A DNA stretch of 64,000 bases from an uncultured Gemmatimonadales bacterium (GCA_963821525.1 CAWGED010000010.1:96001-160000), one strand, 5' to 3'; shown: positions 1 to 10,369, counted from the first letter of the stretch. Translations and numbers: made by a program. The notes: generated by a model from the letters alone, not told the origin.

Positions 1-360
1 CGTGCCGACTTTCCCGGGTGAAGTACCGATCACTCCTGAGGGTTTCCGGGAAAAGGAATTCTTGCCATAAGGGCGACTCCCCCAGTCGATCGCGTTCTTG
101 AGACCACCGGGGATCGAGCGATTGTACTCCGGCGTCACGAACAGCACTGCGTCCACCGCGGCGATCGCCTCCTTGAACTTTCGGGCGACCGGCGGGAAGT
201 CCGCATCGTAGTCATAGCAGTAAAGCGGCAGGTCCCCGAAGGTGATCTCCCGCAATTCGAGTTCTGAAGGTGCCAGGCGCTCCAGCGCGCGGGCGAGCTT
301 GCGATTCAGCGAAGCCTTGGCGAGGCTACCCACCAGGTAGCCGACTTTGAACTGGCTCAT
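1..360 (-). CDS. NADPH-dependent FMN reductase (partial, runs off window start)
   Basis: Not in ORF track; own translation from ATG 360: MSQFKVGYLVGSLAKASLNRKLA...LFVTPEYNRSIPGGLKNAIDW; GGAGG RBS upstream. Confidence 0.9.
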   Translation of the reverse strand, partial: MSQFKVGYLVGSLAKASLNRKLARALERLAPSELELREITFGDLPLYCYDYDADFPPVARKFKEAIAAVDAVLFVTPEYNRSIPGGLKNAIDWGSRPYGKNSFSRKPSGVIGTSPGKVGT

Positions 361-513
361 GTGCCCCTCCTCCGTACATTGACTCGTGGATCAACGGTCG
401 GTAGACAATAGGGCCCTTTGTCGATCTGGGGCCAGCCCAAACGACGCAGTAGTGGCGGGTCCGGCCAGCCCGTCGAGGCTCATGTGCCGCCGACCGATCA
501 ACCAGGTTTGCCA

Positions 514-1185
514 ATGACCACGACCGCCCAGCTCTCCTACCCGGAAACCGACCGTACCCCCGCCCTCCTCCGCCTCGGCATGCTCGCCGGGCCGCTCTAC
601 GTTCTCGTCGGGTTGCTGGAAGTCCTGTTTCGAAGCGGGTTTGACATCCGCCGCCACGCGCTCAGCCTGATGAGCAACGGGGGCCTGGGCTGGATCCAGA
701 TCGCCAGCTTCATCTGCTCCGGGGTCCTGGTGATCGTCGGGGCGATCGGCCTTCGCCGTGCCATCTATCCAGGCCGAGGGGGGACGGCGGGACCCATCCT
801 GCTCGCGGTCTACGGCCTCGGGCTGATCGGAGCGGGAATCTTCGTCGCCGATCCGATGGATGGCTTCCCGCCGGGCACGCCTCCGGGACCGCCGGCCTCG
901 ATGAGCTGGCATGGGCCCCTGCACTTCATGGCTGGCGGAATCGGTTTCTTCGGACTGATTGGGGCGACTCTGGTGTTTGCGTACCTGTTCTTCCGGCAGC
1001 GTGAATCGGGGTGGGCGATTGCTTCCCTGCTGACCGGCCTCTTCTTCTTCGGGGCCTTCGCCGCCATCGCCTCGGGGACGAGACATCCAGCGATCAACCT
1101 CGGCTTTACGGCAGCGGTGGTGGTATCCTGGGCATGGCTGACTGCCTTGTTTGCGAAGGTGCGATCAGAACTATCGGATCCTTGA
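514..1185 (+). CDS. DUF998 family membrane protein
   Basis: GFDIRRHALSLMSNG motif, ADPMDGFPPGTP...SWHGPLH, about 6 TM segments. Confidence 0.8.
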   Translation: MTTTAQLSYPETDRTPALLRLGMLAGPLYVLVGLLEVLFRSGFDIRRHALSLMSNGGLGWIQIASFICSGVLVIVGAIGLRRAIYPGRGGTAGPILLAVYGLGLIGAGIFVADPMDGFPPGTPPGPPASMSWHGPLHFMAGGIGFFGLIGATLVFAYLFFRQRESGWAIASLLTGLFFFGAFAAIASGTRHPAINLGFTAAVVVSWAWLTALFAKVRSELSDP

Positions 1186-1201
1186 GGATGCCAGGAGGGG
1201 C

Positions 1202-1756
1202 ATGATTTCTGATGCCGTGAAACTCGAGCCGGTTGAGTCGGCTCGACAACGCGACGCCGCCCGGGAGCTGATTGCGGAGTACCTCCGTTGGGTCGGGGAG
1301 ATCGCGCGCTCGCAGTACGGCCTGTCCTTCGACATCGACGCGATGGTCGATTCCGATATCGGGGACCGCTCGAAATTTTATCCCCCGAGCGGCCGCTTCT
1401 ACCTGGTCATGACAGACGGGGCCTATGTCGGCGTCGGCTGCTTGAAGCGATTGGCGCCAGGGGTCGGCGAAATCCAGCGGATGTACGTCCAGCCGCATGT
1501 GAGGGGGAAAGGCGCCGGCCGGCTGCTCGTCGAGCGACTCCTCGCCGACGCCCTCCAACTGGGATACACCAGGGTGCGACTGGAAAGCCTGAAGGCGCTC
1601 ACCGCCGCTCACACTCTTTATCATTCGGTGGGGTTCGTGGACATTGCCCCCTACGACGACGACAGCATGAGGGATTATCAGGATCCAGCCACGCACAGCC
1701 GCTTCCTCGACAGCGTGGTGTTCATGGAGTACATATTCCCCAATGAGATTTCTTGA
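1202..1756 (+). CDS. GNAT family N-acetyltransferase
   Basis: EIQRMYVQPHVRGKGAGRLL acetyl-CoA motif, LYHSVGF; AGGAGG RBS. Confidence 0.9.
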   Translation: MISDAVKLEPVESARQRDAARELIAEYLRWVGEIARSQYGLSFDIDAMVDSDIGDRSKFYPPSGRFYLVMTDGAYVGVGCLKRLAPGVGEIQRMYVQPHVRGKGAGRLLVERLLADALQLGYTRVRLESLKALTAAHTLYHSVGFVDIAPYDDDSMRDYQDPATHSRFLDSVVFMEYIFPNEIS

Positions 1757-1834
1757 GCACTACTGGTGGGCCCTCGTTCTGATGTTCGTGGCCATGGTGG
1801 CGACGTGGAATCGCACCCACCGCGGACCTCCCGC

Positions 1835-1863
1835 TTGACGCGCGCTTGACGCGCGAGTATTAC
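1835..1863 (+). promoter_or_regulatory. candidate sigma70 promoter inside an 11-bp tandem duplication
   Basis: TTGACG(1835)-17 nt-TATTAC(1858); CGCTTGACGCG occurs twice in tandem. Confidence 0.35.
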
Positions 1864-1973
1864 AGTCTCCCCGCCTGAAGCACCTGAAGCATCCATCATC
1901 GTCTGCGGAACGAAGTACCGCTGGCTACGGCAGGGTCGTGATCCTGCCGGGTCCAACCGCCTGGGAGGCACCG

Positions 1974-3179
1974 ATGAAAGCCCACCACCTGATCCCCTTG
2001 ATCGTCCTGGCCGGCTGCGCCGAATCCTCGGACCTGCCGCAGGACCCGACTCAGTCCACCTCCAACCTCATCGCTCCGAGCTTCGTTCCCCTTCCGATCG
2101 CCGGGGCGGTCTGGAGCAGCGCCTACGGGGTCAGTTCCAACGGGTGGCTCGCTGGCGAAGTGGACGTCTCAGATGTCGAGTGGCACGCGGCGAGATGGCG
2201 GCTCGATGCCGCGACCGGAGTCGCGACTCTCGAAGATCTGGGTGACCTCAACGACCGGATCACCGTCGGATTCGATGTCAACGCCTCGGGAGTGGTCGTC
2301 GGAGGCAGCGAGGAAGCCGCCTTCGGCTTGGGCCCCGGCCCAGACGAGGCCTTTGTCTATCGCAACGGCGTCATGGAAACCCTGCCCACTTTGGGCGGTC
2401 CGGGTGGCTTCGCCCGGCGGATCAACAACAGCGGCTGGATCACCGGATTTAGCGACGCCGCCGATGGCACGTCTCATCCGGTGGTATGGCGTCCGGACGG
2501 CAACGGTGGCTATGAGGTCATCGACCTGGGGACCCTGGGCGGGACCTTCGGATGGGGTAACACGATCACCGAGGACGGCAGGGTCGTTGGACTGAGCGAG
2601 AATCCCCGAGGCGCGGTGCGGGCATGGTATTGGAGCGGCTCCGGACCCTTCGCCCTCCTGCCGTCGCTGACCGAAGGTGGCGCCAACTACGCCGTGGACC
2701 TCAATGCTCGTGGGCTCATCGTAGGTAATGGCACGGACGCCGCCGGCTTCTATCACGCAACCATCTGGCGGAACGGGGTGATTCACGATATCAACCACCG
2801 GTTTCCCGGCATGGCCTACAGCTTCGCAACCGGCATCAATGCCGAAGGCTGGATAGCGGTGGATGCGTCCACCGGTGATTTCACCGCCCATGGCTTTGCG
2901 GCAAAGGGCGATCGGGTTGTTGACCTGAATGCGGCCGCGGGTACATCGGGGGCGGATGTCTTTGACATCAGTGACCAGGGATGGGTTGCGGGGACTGCGG
3001 TGGTTGAAGGCGTCAACAACGCCGCCGTCTGGCTTCTGCACGGCGGTGGAGCGCTACGAGCTGATCATGTGAAGGCCGACGCCCCGACAGTGACGGTGAG
3101 TCCGGCACACAGTCGGGCCAAGGCTCTCATGATGCGCAGACTGCTGAGCGGTGCACCAAAGGGTGGGAAGGACGAGTGA
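1974..3179 (+). CDS. HAF-repeat extracellular lipoprotein
   Basis: Lipobox LAGC; repeated LGTLGG / INNSGWITG / HATIW units. Confidence 0.8.
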   Translation: MKAHHLIPLIVLAGCAESSDLPQDPTQSTSNLIAPSFVPLPIAGAVWSSAYGVSSNGWLAGEVDVSDVEWHAARWRLDAATGVATLEDLGDLNDRITVGFDVNASGVVVGGSEEAAFGLGPGPDEAFVYRNGVMETLPTLGGPGGFARRINNSGWITGFSDAADGTSHPVVWRPDGNGGYEVIDLGTLGGTFGWGNTITEDGRVVGLSENPRGAVRAWYWSGSGPFALLPSLTEGGANYAVDLNARGLIVGNGTDAAGFYHATIWRNGVIHDINHRFPGMAYSFATGINAEGWIAVDASTGDFTAHGFAAKGDRVVDLNAAAGTSGADVFDISDQGWVAGTAVVEGVNNAAVWLLHGGGALRADHVKADAPTVTVSPAHSRAKALMMRRLLSGAPKGGKDE

Positions 3180-3652
3180 GCGGAGCCACGGATCCTGCTG
3201 AGCTGCAGCGGCTTCGGACGCTGTATAGCACGATGGACGACAATGGCCTCGTTCTGGCGCTGTACCAGGGACCGGAAGCCTATCTCACCCCCGAGGTCTG
3301 GAGCATCATTTCGCAGGAGGCCTCACGCCGCGGGATTGGGGTGCCGAACCAGGAGGAAATTGAATCCCACCGGGAGGCTGTGCGCGCCGAGGAAGACGCG
3401 CTGCAGCCTCCGCGGCTTTCATGGAAATGGCGATTGTACTTCGGCTCCGTGGGCTGGTTCCTGATGTTTGCGGGCTGGAAATCGTTGGAAACCATCGTGG
3501 TATCACTCGTCCAGCGCCCCGAGGGCTGGCAAGCGGATTTGAGGTTGAGTGTTGCGATCCTGGTCGCCGTCTGCGTCGCACTCGTGTTGTTGCGCCTGCA
3601 GGTCGAGCGGCTGTGGGATGCGCATCTCCCGGATTCCGGGGCAACAGGATAG
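3176..3652 (+). CDS. hypothetical membrane protein
   Basis: GTGA overlap with upstream gene; two C-terminal hydrophobic helices. Confidence 0.6.
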   Translation: MSGATDPAELQRLRTLYSTMDDNGLVLALYQGPEAYLTPEVWSIISQEASRRGIGVPNQEEIESHREAVRAEEDALQPPRLSWKWRLYFGSVGWFLMFAGWKSLETIVVSLVQRPEGWQADLRLSVAILVAVCVALVLLRLQVERLWDAHLPDSGATG

Positions 3653-3698
3653 ACTCTCGCTACATCCTCCGTAGCGCAGGCCGTTTGCCCGGAGTCCG

Positions 3699-4133
3699 AT
3701 GATGGCAGAACCGCTCCAGCTCTATCCGACGCCGGAGGTCCTGGTGACCTTCGACCCCAATCTCTGCATGCATATGGGCGAGTGCCTCCGCGGCGACCCC
3801 GCCGTCTTCGACCGATCCCGCCCCGACTGGATCCATCCCGAGTCCGCCTCTGCGGAACGAGTAGCCGAGATCGTGTCCCGCTGCCCCAGCGGTGCCCTCC
3901 ACGCCATCCGCCCAGGCCATCGGCCCGGACGTCCCCTTCCCTCCGCCGGCGTCACGCTCGCCGCGACCCGGAATGGACCGCTCGTGGTGAAGGGATCGGT
4001 TACCATCGAACTCCCGACCGGGGCCGTAGAGAAGCGCAGTGGTGCCTTTACTCTCTGCCGCTGCGGCCAGACCGGGCATACCCCCTACTGCGACGGCAGT
4101 CATATTCGGACCGGGTTCTGTTCCCCTCGGTGA
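3699..4133 (+). CDS. divergent 4Fe-4S (Fer4_19-like) + CDGSH Fe-S domain protein
   Basis: CMHMGEC...CPSGAL and CRCGQTGHTPYCDGSH. Confidence 0.9.
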   Translation: MMAEPLQLYPTPEVLVTFDPNLCMHMGECLRGDPAVFDRSRPDWIHPESASAERVAEIVSRCPSGALHAIRPGHRPGRPLPSAGVTLAATRNGPLVVKGSVTIELPTGAVEKRSGAFTLCRCGQTGHTPYCDGSHIRTGFCSPR

Positions 4134-4159
4134 TCTCTAATGGCCCTGCCTGCCCCGGC

Positions 4160-4579
4160 ATGAAGCTCCACGAGATTCCCGGCTACTCGGTCGCCGACTG
4201 GCACCAGGAACGCGAGGCAGAAGCGCGCGGCCAACACCTGGCCTGTCCCAATTGCGGCCGGGCGGAGTGGTACCACGCCGTGGGAGTTCCTCCCGACACC
4301 GGGGCACAGCGTAAATATCGGGCGTGCAAAGTCTGTGGCTGTTGGCAGGAGGCCGACGGGACGCCGGCTTACCGCTGCTGGATGACGGTGCACACCTGCC
4401 TGGCTCATCTCGCCAAAGGAATGCACTGCCCCTATTGTGGCATCTGGGGACCGAGACAATGGCACGCGGCGTGTTGCCGGATCCTTACGACCGATGAGCT
4501 TGGCATTACCAGATGTGGCACCTGTGAACTGGTTCTTACCTCTCAGCATGTTGTGCCCTGGCCCGTCCAACCCGAATGA
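4160..4579 (+). CDS. Cys-rich hypothetical (multi CxxC) protein
   Basis: CPNC, CKVC, CPYC, CGTC plus further C/H in 139 aa; fills the gap between co-oriented genes. Confidence 0.6.
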   Translation: MKLHEIPGYSVADWHQEREAEARGQHLACPNCGRAEWYHAVGVPPDTGAQRKYRACKVCGCWQEADGTPAYRCWMTVHTCLAHLAKGMHCPYCGIWGPRQWHAACCRILTTDELGITRCGTCELVLTSQHVVPWPVQPE

Positions 4580-4631
4580 AATACCACGGCGGCCGTCCCG
4601 CCCGTCGAGAAAAGCTAGGAGGACTGGATTC

Positions 4632-4961
4632 GTGCACCTGGATGGCATTCCTTTCGGCATCACCGATTGGCAAAGCGTTGATCCCACCGAGCGCGCCGGC
4701 GAAACCGGTGTCGCGCGATGGCGCACTCAGCAGTTCGGATCGATTCGAGTCCGGCTGGTCGAATACTCGGCGGGTTACCGAGCGGACCACTGGTGCCGCA
4801 AGGGCCACATTCTGTTCTGCGTCGCCGGCGAGCTGGAGACCGAACTGGCGGATGGCCGCCAATTCCGCCTGTCGCCGGGGATGAGCTATCAGGTGGCGGA
4901 CAACGCGGAACCCCATCGGTCGCGTACGACGACTGGTGCGACTCTGTTCATAGTGGACTAG
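4632..4961 (+). CDS. DHCW-motif cupin fold protein
   Basis: YRADHWCRKGHILFC; AGGAGG RBS before GTG. Confidence 0.9.
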   Translation: MHLDGIPFGITDWQSVDPTERAGETGVARWRTQQFGSIRVRLVEYSAGYRADHWCRKGHILFCVAGELETELADGRQFRLSPGMSYQVADNAEPHRSRTTTGATLFIVD

Positions 4962-4972
4962 ACGGAAGACTC

Positions 4973-5266
4973 ATGGATCGTCGAATCGTCGGATTCCACC
5001 AGGATGACGAGCAACAGTGGGTTGCGACACTGGACTGCGGTCACACCCAGCACCTGCGGCACGATCCGCCCTGGCAGGAACGCAGCTGGGTGCTTGACCC
5101 GGTGACCCGATCAGCGCACCTCGGCACGATTCTCACCTGCCCGCTCTGCGACGACGCGCCGCTCGACCTGCCTCACCCCTCGGCCTACCAGGACGCCAAA
5201 CTCCAGGGATTGTGTGAAGACGGTGCTGCTGAGATCCGGGCGCGGCGGCGAGAGCATTCATCCTGA
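4973..5266 (+). CDS. DUF3565 domain protein
   Basis: IVGFHQDDEQQWVATLDCGHTQHLRHDPPWQER...CPLCD. Confidence 0.85.
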   Translation: MDRRIVGFHQDDEQQWVATLDCGHTQHLRHDPPWQERSWVLDPVTRSAHLGTILTCPLCDDAPLDLPHPSAYQDAKLQGLCEDGAAEIRARRREHSS

Positions 5267-5282
5267 TCCCTCCCCATCCTCC

Positions 5283-6176
5283 ATGCGTCACAGCCTGGCG
5301 GTGCTCTTTTGCCTCCTCGGTTGCCGAGGCGGGGGTTCGTCGACAGCGACCCCGGTGCTCTTCCTGGACAGCGTGCCCGGAAAAACTGATCTCGTAGACT
5401 ACGAACCCGCGTGGTCCCCATCCGGCACCCACCTCGCGTTCATCTCCAATCGAAATGGCCCGCTCAAGGTCTACACCGCCAAGGTGGATGGCACCGAGCT
5501 GACCCAGCTCACCCAAGGACCGGATGAAGACGACTCGCCGTCGTGGTCGCCGGATGAGAAGCGGATCGCCTTCGTGTCAACCCGGGACGGCAATTCGGAG
5601 ATATATCGGATGAACGCGGATGGTTCCGGCCAACTTCGTCTCACCGATGATCCCGGAATCGATATCCATCCGGTCTGGGCGCCGGACGGGAAGTCGATTA
5701 TCTGGAACTCGTCTCGCCACAGCGCCGACTCGACCGAGCCAGAGACCTTCGAAGTCTTTGCGATGGACGTGAACGGCTACCTCTTGCGGCAGCTCACTCA
5801 AGGTGGGATTACTACCTACGCCTCCTGGTCTCCCGACGGGCTGCTGCTGCTCTTTCGCCGCCAGGTGAGCGACAGCAACTCCGAGATCTTTGTATCCCAG
5901 CCAGCCGGCGACGACGTCAATCTGACCCAGGATCCCGCCTTCGATGGCTGGCCCGCATGGGCCGCCGACGGGCGACGGGTGATCTTCGCCCGAGAGAAGG
6001 GAGACGATGCATCCATCTATGTCGTCGAGGCTGATGGATCGGGATTGAGCCCGCTGGTGACCCTGCCGGGGCGCTGGACCAACCCCAGATGGTCACCCAA
6101 AGGTGACCTGATCGTGGCCAGCCGCCGCTGGAAGGGTGAAGTGCGCCTCTACCTCTTCCCCGCTCCGGGATCATGA
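5283..6176 (+). CDS. TolB-like PD40 beta-propeller lipoprotein
   Basis: Lipobox LLGC; repeated PxWSPDG...IAF units. Confidence 0.85.
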   Translation: MRHSLAVLFCLLGCRGGGSSTATPVLFLDSVPGKTDLVDYEPAWSPSGTHLAFISNRNGPLKVYTAKVDGTELTQLTQGPDEDDSPSWSPDEKRIAFVSTRDGNSEIYRMNADGSGQLRLTDDPGIDIHPVWAPDGKSIIWNSSRHSADSTEPETFEVFAMDVNGYLLRQLTQGGITTYASWSPDGLLLLFRRQVSDSNSEIFVSQPAGDDVNLTQDPAFDGWPAWAADGRRVIFAREKGDDASIYVVEADGSGLSPLVTLPGRWTNPRWSPKGDLIVASRRWKGEVRLYLFPAPGS

Positions 6177-6652
6177 CCAGTCCAGAAGAAGTCACCTCGC
6201 AACTCGCCCGGAGCCCTGCGCTGATCGCCGGACTGCTCGGCTCGGTCCCACCCCAGGATCTCAAGCGACGTCCGCGTCCGGGAAAGTGGTCCGCGCACGA
6301 GCATGCCTGCCATCTCGCGGTCATGGAGCCGATGTGGGCGTCCCGACTCGAGCTGATCCTGCGGGAAGATCACCCCACTATCGTGTCCTACGAGCCCGAC
6401 GAAGATGACCCGGACCGCTTGCTGAACATGGATCTGCGCACCGCCTTGGCCGACTTCGATCGGGGCCGGCAGGCGCTGGTGGGAAGGCTGCGCTCGCTGC
6501 AGGTCAATGACTGGCTGAGGCCAGCCACCCACACCGGCCATGCCCGCTATTCGATCTTCCTCATGTGCCGCCACATCGCGCTGCACGATGGGCTTCATGG
6601 CTACCGCATCGAGGAGAGCGCGCTGGGGAGCCACTGGCCGACGGAGCGCTAG
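6173..6652 (+). CDS. DinB family protein
   Basis: GKWSAHEHACHL...HDGLH. Confidence 0.85.
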   Translation: MTSPEEVTSQLARSPALIAGLLGSVPPQDLKRRPRPGKWSAHEHACHLAVMEPMWASRLELILREDHPTIVSYEPDEDDPDRLLNMDLRTALADFDRGRQALVGRLRSLQVNDWLRPATHTGHARYSIFLMCRHIALHDGLHGYRIEESALGSHWPTER

Positions 6653-6692
6653 AGGCGACCGCTCCCGAGCCGCCGAGCATTGGCGAAAGACC

Positions 6693-6987
6693 TAACTGCT
6701 TACCGCGGACGACGCGGAACACACGGAAGAACGCGGATTAGCGCAGAAAGAGGAACAAAAAACAACTTCCGCGTGAATCAGCGTGCTCCGCGTGATCCGC
6801 GGTAAGCTTTTTGGGCTCGTGCAGGCACGGGAAGGGCATAACTGCTTAACGCGGAGGACGCGGAACACACGGAAGAACGCGGATTAGCGAAGAAAGAGGA
6901 ACAACAAAACAACTTCCGCGTGAATCAGCGTGCTCCGCGTGATCCGCGGTAAGCTTTTTGGGGTCGTGCAGGCACGGGTGAAGGGCC
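6693..6987. repeat. two tandem copies of a ~147-bp palindromic element
   Basis: 6693-6838 and 6839-6987 near-identical; arms GCTTACCGCGGA...TCCGCGGTAAGC followed by TTTTT. Confidence 0.9.
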
Positions 6988-6988
6988 T

Positions 6989-7781
6989 ATGACTAGATCG
7001 ATGCCAAGTACGCCTAATCCTCTTCGGCTCACCTACATCGGCGGCCCGACGGCGCTCCTCGAGTACGGGGGGCTCCGCTTCCTGACCGATCCGACGTTCG
7101 ATCCTGCCGGGACCGACTATCCCACGCCGGTCTATACCCTCCATAAGACCCAGGCTCCAGCGCTCGCTGCCGAGCAGCTCGGGAAGGTGGACGCGATCCT
7201 GCTGAGTCACGACCATCATTTCGACAATCTCGACCACGCGGGCCGAGCGGCCTTGTGCCACCGCCCGGGTCGTCTTCACGACGCGAGATGGAGCGGAGCG
7301 TCTTGGGGGAAACGCAGAGGGTCTGCTGGCCTGGGAGAAACGCGCGCTCCCTGCACCGGATGGCCAGACCGTCGAGTTGACGGCTACTCCGGCACGACAC
7401 GGCCCGGCCGGCGGAGATCGAGGTCCCGTAGTCGGCTTCGTCCTCGCGGCGCCCGGTGCGCCAGTCGTCTATGTCTCGGGAGACACGGTCTGGTACGAAG
7501 GAGTCGTTGAAGTCGGCCAGCGCTTTTCCGTGGACGTGGCGGTCCTGAACGCAGGTGCCGCAAAGGTAGCGGTCGCGGGGCCATCGCCGTTGACCTTCAC
7601 CGCGGCGGATGCGGTGACCCTCGCCCGGGCGTGGCCCAAAGCGGTGATCGTGCCGCTCCACTTCGAAGGGTGGACTCACTTCTCGGAAGGCGCGGCCGAG
7701 CTGAGGGAGGCCTTCGCTAGAGCGGGACTCGCCTCACGCCTGCGCTGGGCCCCACCGGGAGTTCCCACCGTCGTTCCCTGA
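6989..7781 (+). CDS. MBL-fold metallo-hydrolase (frameshift near 7255)
   Basis: LTDPTFD, SHDHHFDNLD, then in another frame ARHGP, SGDT, VPLHFEGWTHF. Confidence 0.85.
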
Positions 7782-7887
7782 CCGTTCGCCTGGTGCCTTG
7801 CACCGCCCGGGAACCGGTTGGCATACTCGTTGGCAGCGACGACCGAGCATCCCCACCTATCTAATCGTCGCCGAAGGGAGCCCACCC

Positions 7888-9303
7888 ATGGCGATCGGTT
7901 CACGAGCCAGTACACCCGCCCTCGATGCGGAAGCCTTAAGGAAACTCGAGTCTTCCATCCGTGGAGAGCTGATCCACCCCCGACATCCCAGCTACGACAG
8001 TGCCCGAATCGTCTACAACGCGATGGTAGACAAACGGCCGGCCGTCATCGTCAGGTGTAGAGACTCATCCGATGTGGTTCGCGCCCTGGACTTCGCGCGC
8101 ACTCAGAACCTTCTCGTCGCCGTTCGCGGGGGCGGCCACAACGTTGCCGGAAAGTCCACCTGCGACGACGGACTCGTCATCGATCTCTCCCCAATGAAGG
8201 AAATGCTGGTGGACCCGACGGTGGCCCTCGCCCGGGCCGAAGGCGGTCTCACCTGGGGAGAGTTCGACCGGGAGACCCAGGCCTTTGGTCTGGCTACGAC
8301 GGGTGGGTTCATCTCCACCACCGGCATCGCGGGGCTGACCCTGGGTGGGGGACTCGGGTGGCTCATGCGGAAGTACGGGCTCGCGTGCGACAACCTGCAA
8401 TCGGTGAAGATCGTCACCGCCGACGGCCAAATCAGGACCGCCAATGAGAGCGAAAACTCCGACCTCTTCTGGGGCGTTCGAGGCGGGGGTGGCAACTTCG
8501 GGGTGGTTACCTCGTTCGAGTACCAGCTTCATCCGGTCGGGCAAATGCTGGCGGGCGTTGTCTTCTTGCCGCTGCAGCAGGCGGGGAGCGGGCTTCGGTT
8601 CTACCGGGATTTCCTGGCCCATGCGCCGGACGAAGTGATGGCCTACGCCGTCTTCCTGACCGCTCCCGACGGCAACAAGGTATTCGCCATCCCGGTCTGC
8701 TATGTGGGACCGATGGATATGGCAGAGCAAGTCCTGCGTCCGTTAAGAGACTTCGCCGGTCCCGCGGCCAACTCGCTCGCGCCGATGGACTACTGCCAGA
8801 TCCAATCGATGTTCGATGGCGGCTTTCCGCCCGGCCGCCTGCACTACTGGAAATCCAGCTTCCTCCGTCACCTCAGCGACAAGGCGATCGACACGATCGT
8901 GGAATATTTCGGCGCGGTTCCTTCGCCGATGTCGGCCGTGGCGATCGAGCCATTCGGCGGTGCGGTTGCGCGAGTCGGAGTGGAGGAGACCGCGTTCCCC
9001 CACCGCGACGCTTCCTTCAGCATCGTCATGGTGGGGATGTGGATGGACCGGGCACAGTCCGAGGCAAACATCCGGTGGGTCCGGGAGTTCTGGAAGGCGA
9101 TGCAGCCATTTGCGACCGATGCGGTCTACGTCAACTATCTTGATAGCGACGATAGCGATCGGGTCCCGGCCGCCTACAGCCCCACGACCTTCAAGCGATT
9201 GGGCGAGTTGAAAGAAAAGTACGACCCAGACAACTTCTTCCGGGTGAATCAGAACATCGGACCCGCGGTAGCTGAGCGGGAAGTACCTTCACGCCGGGTT
9301 TAA
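7888..9303 (+). CDS. FAD-binding oxidoreductase, berberine-bridge type
   Basis: RGGGHN (covalent FAD His), RGGGGNFGVVT, YVNY, KYDPDNFFRVNQN. Confidence 0.92.
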   Translation: MAIGSRASTPALDAEALRKLESSIRGELIHPRHPSYDSARIVYNAMVDKRPAVIVRCRDSSDVVRALDFARTQNLLVAVRGGGHNVAGKSTCDDGLVIDLSPMKEMLVDPTVALARAEGGLTWGEFDRETQAFGLATTGGFISTTGIAGLTLGGGLGWLMRKYGLACDNLQSVKIVTADGQIRTANESENSDLFWGVRGGGGNFGVVTSFEYQLHPVGQMLAGVVFLPLQQAGSGLRFYRDFLAHAPDEVMAYAVFLTAPDGNKVFAIPVCYVGPMDMAEQVLRPLRDFAGPAANSLAPMDYCQIQSMFDGGFPPGRLHYWKSSFLRHLSDKAIDTIVEYFGAVPSPMSAVAIEPFGGAVARVGVEETAFPHRDASFSIVMVGMWMDRAQSEANIRWVREFWKAMQPFATDAVYVNYLDSDDSDRVPAAYSPTTFKRLGELKEKYDPDNFFRVNQNIGPAVAEREVPSRRV

Positions 9304-9320
9304 GATCTCCGGCTCCTCAC

Positions 9321-9719
9321 ATGACAGTTAAACACCTCTCCGCGCTTGGGTTGTTGACACTTTTCCTAGGGTGCGGGACCCCGGGAAGTCCGAGCAATCT
9401 CGGTGACAGTCAACTCGAGCGTACGGGTCTCGAAGGTGTGGCTCGCCGCGGGCCGATCCAACCCGTCTGCCGCGTGGACCAGCCCTGCGATGCTCCGTTC
9501 AGCGCGAGGTTTGAAGTTCGCCAGGGCGAGCGTCTGGTTGCCACCTTCCAGAGTGACTCGGCCGGCCGGTTCCGGACCTACCTGACACCCGGAACGTACC
9601 TCGTGGCACCGGACGCGTCCGCTCCTGTGCTCAGCCCCCTGAGCCAGACTAGAGCAGTGACTGTCGGCGCCCATGGACTGACCCACGTCGAGCTCGACTT
9701 CGACACCGGAATCCGCTAG
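9321..9719 (+). CDS. hypothetical lipoprotein
   Basis: Lipobox FLGC; GPIQPVC...C; ends DTGIR. Confidence 0.7.
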   Translation: MTVKHLSALGLLTLFLGCGTPGSPSNLGDSQLERTGLEGVARRGPIQPVCRVDQPCDAPFSARFEVRQGERLVATFQSDSAGRFRTYLTPGTYLVAPDASAPVLSPLSQTRAVTVGAHGLTHVELDFDTGIR

Positions 9720-9845
9720 AGCGACCTCGCCGCCCATCATCCTGCCCGCGCTGCCTGCAAGTCGACAGTCGCAGCGTGAGCATCGTAGCAAACCAGTCAG
9801 ATGCGGTCGTTCCATGGTGAGGACCGGCTTCAAGAGCGGTGGGCC

Positions 9846-10013
9846 TTACTCGTTCTCCGGGGTTTCCCGTCTCCGGTACAGCATGACGGCGATGCCGCTG
9901 GCGATGACGAATGCGGGCAGTATGAGAATGACCATACTACCCAGCACCGCGCTCATGAAGCGCGCCATGGCATCCACGCCGGAGACGCCGGCACACCACC
10001 ACTGCCAGGCCAT
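9846..10013 (-). CDS. small single-TM protein at end of cox operon
   Basis: Own translation: MAWQWWCAG...VILILPAFVIASGIAVMLYRRRETPENE; may start at 10059 across an indel. Confidence 0.5.
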   Translation of the reverse strand: MAWQWWCAGVSGVDAMARFMSAVLGSMVILILPAFVIASGIAVMLYRRRETPENE

Positions 10014-10055
10014 TGGCGTCCTATTGAGGACTTCGCCCGGAGGATGTCGATTGGC

Positions 10056-10369
10056 TCATGATGCCTGCGGGCTGAGCGTGACGAGGCGGAAGGCGTCGCG
10101 CCACAGATGGTTGAGCATGAGCAGTACGAAGACCAGGGTCGGGATCAGGGTCCAGAACAGGGCGGCTCGCTCGTACCTGAGGCCCATGAAGTACAGCAGG
10201 GCGATCGCCGCCTCGGTGACCGCGAGCGCGAGGAGGACGGCGAGCAGGGATCCCTCGGGAAGAGAGGCGTAGGTAACTGCAACCTCCAGCGCGACAATCA
10301 GGGCCAAGGCGAACCACACCGCCACGTAGGTTCGCATCCCGGGACCCGCTTTCCTTCCCTGTTAGCCAT
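10056..10369 (-). CDS. coxD: cytochrome c oxidase subunit IV
   Basis: YVAVWFALAL...LYFMGLRYE; ATG 10369 has an RBS but needs one indel, otherwise start is 10337. Confidence 0.8.

Noticed and set aside
6693..6987. CRISPR array
   Set aside because: Only two long units, no unique spacers and no cas genes.
514..9719. Integron cassette array
   Set aside because: No intI and no recurring RYYYAAC...GTTRRRY sites; genes overlap or abut.
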